A stretch of DNA of 31,726 bases from positions 1-31,726 of IMG/VR virus record IMGVR_UViG_3300017747_005784; one strand, 5' to 3'. Positions 26,501 to 31,726 of the stretch are shown here, piece by piece. The position numbers were made by a program, and so were the translations under genes. How positions within the stretch are numbered: the first letter of the stretch is position 1; each line of letters opens with the position of its first letter. Under the pieces are notes generated by a model. The model was not told the DNA's origin. It searched no databases and saw only the letters and a program-made list of their open reading frames with translations. Source of the stretch: a virus (lineage: Duplodnaviria; Caudoviricetes).

Positions 26501-26787
26501 CACGCTGCCTCCGAGGGCGATGAGGGTCCTGCTGTCATCGGACCAAATGGTCCATTGGTCCACTGGCCAACAAACGAACCCAGATACTTTTTGAAGCCTG
26601 GATCGCGATTGGCCTGCTGCCCAAACTCACCGTCCAGACCCATCGGACGGGTCAAACGCTCGCCAGCAAAACGTTGGGGTCCGCCAGCGGTATAGCCAAA
26701 AGCGACGGGAACTTCTTCCTGCTGCCGCTTCTGCTCTTGCGCCTGACCCAGAGCAATCGGATAGTTCTCGGGTAGCCGAAAGGCCAC
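26500..26787 (-). CDS. Hypothetical protein
   Basis: 95 aa GTG-start ORF; TAAGAT hexamer upstream; coupled to the next gene. Confidence 0.55.
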   Translation of the reverse strand: MAFRLPENYPIALGQAQEQKRQQEEVPVAFGYTAGGPQRFAGERLTRPMGLDGEFGQQANRDPGFKKYLGSFVGQWTNGPFGPMTAGPSSPSEAA

Positions 26788-26822
26788 GCAACCATGACGG
26801 CGAGTAAACCAATCTTAACGAG

Positions 26823-27062
26823 CTAATTGGCGATGACGTTCCTGTAAAAGTTCGCCTTTTTGACCATCTTGCTCGAGTGCTCGTCGCGCTGCTTCAGCAC
26901 TGCATCAGCAAACGCCTCGCGGCCTGCCGGGGTGTCGGGGTAACCCGCCTTGGTGGCCGCTGCCGTGAAGGTGCCACCGGTGCCGCCCTGGCTCGCGGGT
27001 CGCTTCATGGCGCGAAACGTCTGGGCCAGGGTCCTGGCCTTGGTCCGCTCACCGGCACTCAT
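26823..27062 (-). CDS. Small basic protein, possibly DNA-binding or capsid-internal
   Basis: 79 aa Lys/Arg-rich, GTFTAAA...FA..VL...MVKKANFYRN; ATGA-coupled to the giant ORF. Confidence 0.6.
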   Translation of the reverse strand: MSAGERTKARTLAQTFRAMKRPASQGGTGGTFTAAATKAGYPDTPAGREAFADAVLKQRDEHSSKMVKKANFYRNVIAN

Positions 27063-29779
27063 GACAACAACCTGGCGCGGTGGCGGCGCAACAGTTCATC
27101 AGCTTGGCGGGACGGACTGGTGGCCGGCGCTGGCGGAGCGTTCAGGGGTGACTGCTCACTGGTCTGCGTCACCGCAGCCTGGGGCACGGCGCTGGCCTGC
27201 TCGCTGACCACCTGCTGACGCTGCTGCTGAGCAAGGCGCTCCAGTCCTAAAGCGGTCTGCACCACATCGGGCGTGCGGGGCTGGGCAGCCAGCACCGAAT
27301 CGCCATCTGGGGTGCGACGCGGGAGCTCGGCGGCCTGGGCCCTTGCTTGGCGCGCCATGTAGCTCGAGAGCGCATCCACCGGATCCGGGGTGTAGCCCGT
27401 GGCGGAGTAGGGCAGTTGCAGCCCCAGGTCCAACTGGCGCTCGGGCTGCCGGCGCAGGGCTGCAGCGGTCCGCTGCTGCAGCGGCGCCTGGGGAGCGGCA
27501 GCGGCCGGAGCCTGCCAAAAGCGGGAGTACAGCTCCTCGGGCACGTATTGAACCACGCGCTCAGGTGTCTGAACCGGGGCTTCCGGGGCGCGGACTGCCA
27601 TGTAGCGCGCTAGGGCATCGGCCGGATCGGGGCGATAGCCGGAGCTGAGGAGCGCCGCCTCGGTGCCGGGAATCAGGGGCTGGCGGAAACGCTCCCGCGG
27701 GCGGCTCGCGGCGACCGGAGCGCTGGGCTCAGGGCGGGGCTGGGCGGTCGCCTCGCCACCCAGAAGGCGCTGCAACAGTTCAGCGGTGGCGCGCTCCACG
27801 CCCTGACGCGAACGATCAGTGGTCGGCCGGCTAGCAGCAGCTGCGTTTAACAAAGGCTGCTTGGCGCGCGCCAGCAGGCGAGCCGCACCGCTCTGGCCGC
27901 GGGGAGCCACGGCCGGCTCGGCGTCTGCTGCCGAGCGCGCCACTTGCGGCAAGGGGGCATCCGAGGGAGGCGCCGCCGAAAGTTGCTCGAGCAGATCCAC
28001 CACCCCCAGCAGCGGATTGCTGGCAGCCGAGGTCACCGGGAAACCGGCTTCATCCAGCAACCGACGCTGGTAGTCCGCCACCAGGGGATCGGTGCTGCGC
28101 AGGTTCATCAGTGCGCCGTAGCGCACAACCCCGGGCAAGGTGCTCGCAGGGGCGGGCTTGTAACGACTGGCCCCGACCAACTCAGCTGCCACCGTCCCGC
28201 GGCCATAGACGCCGCCAGCCAGGGCATCGACCAGGTCGTCAAAAGCGCTGTAAAACTCAAGGCTGCGCTTCTGGCCGCCGCCCACGCGAACGCTGGCTAC
28301 CGGCGGCGCCATCGGATCAGCGGGTTGCTCGAAATAGGCCGCGATCGGCGCCGGGGCACCGTCAGATAGGCGCTTGTTCCCGAGGGCGAACACCGCGACA
28401 TCGGGCCGATCCACCAGGGCATCGGCGTAGTAGCGGCCGCGGTTGAGCAGCATGTCCTCGGTGAAGTCCTTGATCGGGGTGCGGTACTTCAGCGAGAGCG
28501 CGTTGACCGCTTCAGCGAAGGTGGGGTTGCGGTAAACGGGATTGACCGCAGCCCGGTAGCCGGGGTCAGCCTTAGGGGGCAGCACGTTGGCCGCCTCGCC
28601 GACGTCGGGAATCGGCACGTTCAAGGCGTCTTGGTCGTAGGCGCCGGAGACATCCTTCTCTACCGGCACCAGCACCGGGTCCAAGCCCAGGCGCTCAACC
28701 ACCGGCAGCGGCAATTCGGCGTAGGGGTTGACGTAGAGCACCCGGGCATCGCGCAGTGAAGGGGCAAAACGGCTGCGGCCGGCCTCATCCTTGCCGGCGT
28801 AGTACTGGGCCACCTGCATCTCAGGGGTCATCGGGTCAGCGGCCTCGCTCCAGACCTGCTGACTCTTGGGGGCCACCAGGATGGGCAGCAGCACATCGCC
28901 CTGGGGGAACTCCAAGCCGGCCGATAGCACGTTGCCCGGTGTGCGCAGCACCGCCGCTTCCGCCGCGCCACTCTTTTCCTTGCGGAATGGGTTGCGACGT
29001 CCGCCAATCGTGCGCCCGGCACCCAGGGATTGGGCTGTCAAGGCGGTGTCGTCAGCGGATAATTGCTCTAATTGGGTCAAACTGCGGGCCCTGAGGGCCA
29101 ATTCCGCCGCGTCTTCGGGACTGAGGGCGGCTAGTTGGGGCTCGATCGGCAGGGCTGGATCAATCAGACCGCGGTTGGCGGCGATCAAGGTCTGCTGCAG
29201 GCCCTGATCGGGGCCAATTTCCCCTTTCTGGGCCACGATTTGGGCCAATTGAGCGAGCTGAGGGTCGCTCGAGCGCCGCGCCGGACCCCGAGCCGCGGCT
29301 GTCGCGCCGGATTGCTCGGCCAGGGCCACCGCTTCGGCCGGGGTGAGCGGTTCGTTGCCCGGCAGGGTGAGGTAAGCCTGAGCCAACGCGGCGGTTTCCG
29401 AGCTGACGGGTCGCCCCAGGGCCGCTGCGAACAGCGCATCCGGGCGCTGCGACTCGCCTGCCACCAGGGACTGACGGGTCAGCTCGTCTGCGAGGCGCTG
29501 CTGCAGCTGGGCTTCGTCCATGGCGCGCCCTTCACCGCGGCGACCACGGAACAGGCGGCTGAACACGTTGTCCTGCTGGGGGCCGAAGCGCTGGCTGTAG
29601 GCCACGGCGCGCCCGGGATCGGCGGGAGCAGCCGCGTCCTCGAGTTGGCGCACGTAGGCCAGCTCGCTGAGGACCTCATCGGCGGGTGGTAGGCCGGGAA
29701 TGTTCTGCGGCTGAGGCCGTTCACCGCGGCCACGGCCATATCTGCGCTCCCACTCTTCGCGCGAAATTTGTTGCGCCAT
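27059..29779 (-). CDS. Large Pro/Ala/Gln-rich protein of unknown function; first gene of the leftward string
   Basis: 906 aa from ATG 29779 (TAGACT hexamer at 29811-29816). Internal repeat GY.PDP.DAL..YMA. Confidence 0.7.
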   Translation of the reverse strand: MAQQISREEWERRYGRGRGERPQPQNIPGLPPADEVLSELAYVRQLEDAAAPADPGRAVAYSQRFGPQQDNVFSRLFRGRRGEGRAMDEAQLQQRLADELTRQSLVAGESQRPDALFAAALGRPVSSETAALAQAYLTLPGNEPLTPAEAVALAEQSGATAAARGPARRSSDPQLAQLAQIVAQKGEIGPDQGLQQTLIAANRGLIDPALPIEPQLAALSPEDAAELALRARSLTQLEQLSADDTALTAQSLGAGRTIGGRRNPFRKEKSGAAEAAVLRTPGNVLSAGLEFPQGDVLLPILVAPKSQQVWSEAADPMTPEMQVAQYYAGKDEAGRSRFAPSLRDARVLYVNPYAELPLPVVERLGLDPVLVPVEKDVSGAYDQDALNVPIPDVGEAANVLPPKADPGYRAAVNPVYRNPTFAEAVNALSLKYRTPIKDFTEDMLLNRGRYYADALVDRPDVAVFALGNKRLSDGAPAPIAAYFEQPADPMAPPVASVRVGGGQKRSLEFYSAFDDLVDALAGGVYGRGTVAAELVGASRYKPAPASTLPGVVRYGALMNLRSTDPLVADYQRRLLDEAGFPVTSAASNPLLGVVDLLEQLSAAPPSDAPLPQVARSAADAEPAVAPRGQSGAARLLARAKQPLLNAAAASRPTTDRSRQGVERATAELLQRLLGGEATAQPRPEPSAPVAASRPRERFRQPLIPGTEAALLSSGYRPDPADALARYMAVRAPEAPVQTPERVVQYVPEELYSRFWQAPAAAAPQAPLQQRTAAALRRQPERQLDLGLQLPYSATGYTPDPVDALSSYMARQARAQAAELPRRTPDGDSVLAAQPRTPDVVQTALGLERLAQQQRQQVVSEQASAVPQAAVTQTSEQSPLNAPPAPATSPSRQADELLRRHRARLLS

Positions 29780-29787
29780 TCGCCCGC

Positions 29788-29816
29788 CTTGGCGTGTATT
29801 TCGTACGCCAAGTCTA
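29788..29816 (-). promoter_or_regulatory. -10-like hexamer with overlapping inverted repeat
   Basis: CTTGGCGT-N9-ACGCCAAG (29788-29812) abuts TAGACT (minus strand, 29811-29816). Confidence 0.4.
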
Positions 29817-30654
29817 TCGAGAGTCAGCAAACCACCAAATTTGCCCAATTCGCTCTAACTGGAGTACCACTTCTGTCCGGGCCCTAACACTGAGCTTTTG
29901 CTCCCTAGGAAGCAAGGCCAATTAACAAACGGCTCCCCTAGCGACCCAACAATTTTTGCTGCGCCGCGCGGTACACATCAAACACCCCAGTGAAGTTGAG
30001 GGAGTCGGCAAACAAAAAAAGAAGTAGCGCCTCAGAGGGGAGCAAAGGAGTAACAAACGCAGCGTCAGCGGCCTGCAGCAGGCCTCAGGAGCGGCAACGG
30101 GGGCAGCGCTCTGTTGTTAACCGCTGACACACAGCAGCTGCATGTGAGGCAGCAGTGGAGCAGTAGAACGCGCACCGCTGCCGCTACGACGCGCACACCT
30201 GCGCTCTAACGTTGTGCGCTTTAATCGCTCCTTAGTGTTACTTTAGTCGCCTACATCTGTGGCGCAAACACTCTCTCGCTACACATCAGCACGCGCTATA
30301 AACTTCTTACTTTCACTCTCACGCTTCACTCCTTGGGCGCCAAACCCATTGGTGCGCTGTGGTTTTTGGCTTGGATTCAGTTGCTTAACGGTTGCGGTTT
30401 CTATCACTCGCTTAGCCGTAAAGCAGCGTTCCATGCCTCAACCATAGCAACAATTCAAGCGGCAGCAATCGCCAAAATTGAGACGGCAAGCAGCGGCAGC
30501 CAGCGCTGCTTCGCTATCAATTACTCCACTGTCCCATGCGAGTCTCATGGTGTCAGTGGATGTTAATTGGGGGCCGCGGTACACGCTGCCTCGCCCAGCC
30601 AACCCCGGGCCAGGGGGTGTCCCATTTCAGCAGTGCATGCGCACCCCTGCTTCG

Positions 30655-30864
30655 ATGACACCTCTTCGCGCCACGGTTGCCGGCCTTATCGCTGCCCCAG
30701 TGTTGATCATGAGCGGCGTACATTCGCTCGCTGCTCATCTCGATCAAGCTACCCGGCAGCAGTGTCAAATGCAAACTTGGCCGCCCAGCCAACATGCAGC
30801 CCATCTGGAGTTCTGCCGCCTCTATCTGAGTCGCTCCTCAGCCACCCAAGCCCCGGCTCCATAG
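30655..30864 (+). CDS. Small protein with N-terminal hydrophobic helix and Cys/His motif
   Basis: MTPLRATVAGLIAAPVLIMSG...QC....WP..QH.AH..FC, 69 aa, followed by a terminator. Confidence 0.6.
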   Translation: MTPLRATVAGLIAAPVLIMSGVHSLAAHLDQATRQQCQMQTWPPSQHAAHLEFCRLYLSRSSATQAPAP

Positions 30865-30885
30865 CCTGAGGGCGTCGGTGGTCAG

Positions 30886-30919
30886 ACCCCTACTCGCCAA
30901 CTGCGGGTGGGGGTTTTTT
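30886..30919 (+). terminator. Rho-independent terminator (repeat unit 1)
   Basis: ACCCCTACTCGC-CAACT-GCGGGTGGGGGT followed by a T-tract; 12-bp stem with G-U pairs. Confidence 0.85.
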
Positions 30920-31002
30920 CATGCGCCTCAGCAGCAGTGCATTTGCCTGGCCTGCCGTGGCGCCTGGGTTCTTTCGCCCCGGCTCCGCCGGGTATCCCCA
31001 TG
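30905..31002 (+). repeat. Conserved intergenic repeat, copy 1
   Basis: 30905-30979 aligns without gaps to 31295-31369 (offset 390), 64/75 identical by manual count. Confidence 0.9.
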
Positions 31003-31266
31003 TCCGAAGACCGCCTCTCGCGGCTGCTGCACCGGCTCGGCTTGCTGGCCCGGCGCGACATCCGCCTGGCCTCCGACGGCCGCATTCTCAGCGGTGCCAT
31101 CGACCCGGAACTGGAGCTCCTCTACCACCAGGTGGATGAGATCCATGACCAGGTGCTCGATGGCCACCCGCTCAATCCCTACCAGCAACAATTTCTCGCC
31201 TACTGCGCCGAGCTGATCAGCCGCGCAAGAGACCAGGTCAGGCAGCTCGAACTCGAATTCGCCTGA
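31000..31266 (+). CDS. Small hypothetical protein (88 aa)
   Basis: ATG 31000 (MSEDRLS) at the end of repeat copy 1; followed by a terminator. Confidence 0.7.
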   Translation: MSEDRLSRLLHRLGLLARRDIRLASDGRILSGAIDPELELLYHQVDEIHDQVLDGHPLNPYQQQFLAYCAELISRARDQVRQLELEFA

Positions 31267-31274
31267 CCGCCGCC

Positions 31275-31309
31275 GTCCCCACTCCGCGCCGCCGGGGTGG
31301 GGGCTTTTT
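31275..31309 (+). terminator. Rho-independent terminator (repeat unit 2)
   Basis: GTCCCCACTCCG-CGCCGC-CGGGGTGGGGGC-TTTTT. Confidence 0.85.
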
Positions 31310-31394
31310 CATGCGCCTCAACAGCAGTGCATCTGCGCTCCTTGCTGCGGCGCTTGGGTTCTTTCGCCCGGCCCCGAGCCGGCCTTATCCCATG
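31295..31394 (+). repeat. Conserved intergenic repeat, copy 2
   Basis: Same core (TTTTTCATGCGCCTCA.CAGCAGTGCAT...TGGGTTCTTTCGCCC) and a CCGGC/GCCGG hairpin before the ATG. Confidence 0.9.
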
Positions 31395-31726
31395 GCTACC
31401 AAAGCCGACCTCGAAGCCCGCGTTGCTGAGCTGGAGAGCCAACTGGCCGCCAGCACCAGCGACCCCAGAGCTGCAGGCATGACCCGCCTGGTGGGCATGC
31501 TCAAAGCTGTCAAAGACATCGGCGCCGCCGACTCCAGCAAGCGCAGTGTCAGCGCCCTGCTGGTCAACAGCACCCGGCAACGGCTCAACGGCAACGAGGT
31601 CAACGTCGACCTGCCGCTGGACGTCATCGTCGCCACCGACAACGGCACCGCCATCGCCTCCGAAATCGCCGCGATCGCAGCAGGTCACGAGTGGGCCCGC
31701 GTCGCCATCAGCGGCTACTGGACCAC
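31392..31726 (+). CDS. Hypothetical protein, 3' truncated by the window; short coiled coil then a beta-rich, possibly OB-fold region
   Basis: Not in the ORF track. Manual translation MATKADLEARVAELESQLAA...TRLVGMLKAVKD...VSALLVN...WARVAISGYWT is open to the window end. Confidence 0.65.
   Translation, partial: MATKADLEARVAELESQLAASTSDPRAAGMTRLVGMLKAVKDIGAADSSKRSVSALLVNSTRQRLNGNEVNVDLPLDVIVATDNGTAIASEIAAIAAGHEWARVAISGYWT

Noticed and set aside
29850-30654. tRNA or att site in the non-coding region
   Set aside because: I recognised no cloverleaf or T-loop consensus, and there is no integrase in the window.
30907-31482. Similar peptides MGVFSCASAAVHL and MGAFSCASTAVHL as paralogous genes
   Set aside because: They are translations of the non-coding repeat that start inside terminator stems, and the two copies are not in the same frame relative to their downstream genes.

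Overview
This is a GC-rich segment of a tailed dsDNA phage or prophage genome. A Synechococcus/Cyanobium-type host is inferred from a cyanobacterial-style endolysin, DUF4214-like repeats and -10-only promoters. From about 29.8 kb leftward the minus strand carries a virion morphogenesis region. It begins with a block of Ala/Gly/Gln-rich putative internal (ejection) proteins with a PP-loop PAPS-reductase-family gene embedded among them. It continues with terminase large subunit, portal (overlapping a putative scaffold gene by 479 nt), a GH24 lysozyme-M15 peptidase endolysin, major capsid protein, a putative decoration protein, a helix-hairpin-helix protein, a putative head-tail adaptor, a SWIM-finger-like protein and several tail-fibre/LamG genes. 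A plus-strand island (10591-13301) diverges from the capsid gene and holds two overlapping LAGLIDADG-like genes, a structured spacer and two structural-type genes. After an AT-richer divergent non-coding region (about 29.85-30.65 kb), small plus-strand genes begin, separated by a conserved repeated unit of about 100-115 bp (terminator, conserved core, hairpin, ATG). I saw no tail tube, sheath, tape measure, integrase, tRNA or CRISPR, which fits a podovirus-like virion. All calls come from reading motifs by eye; no database search was run.
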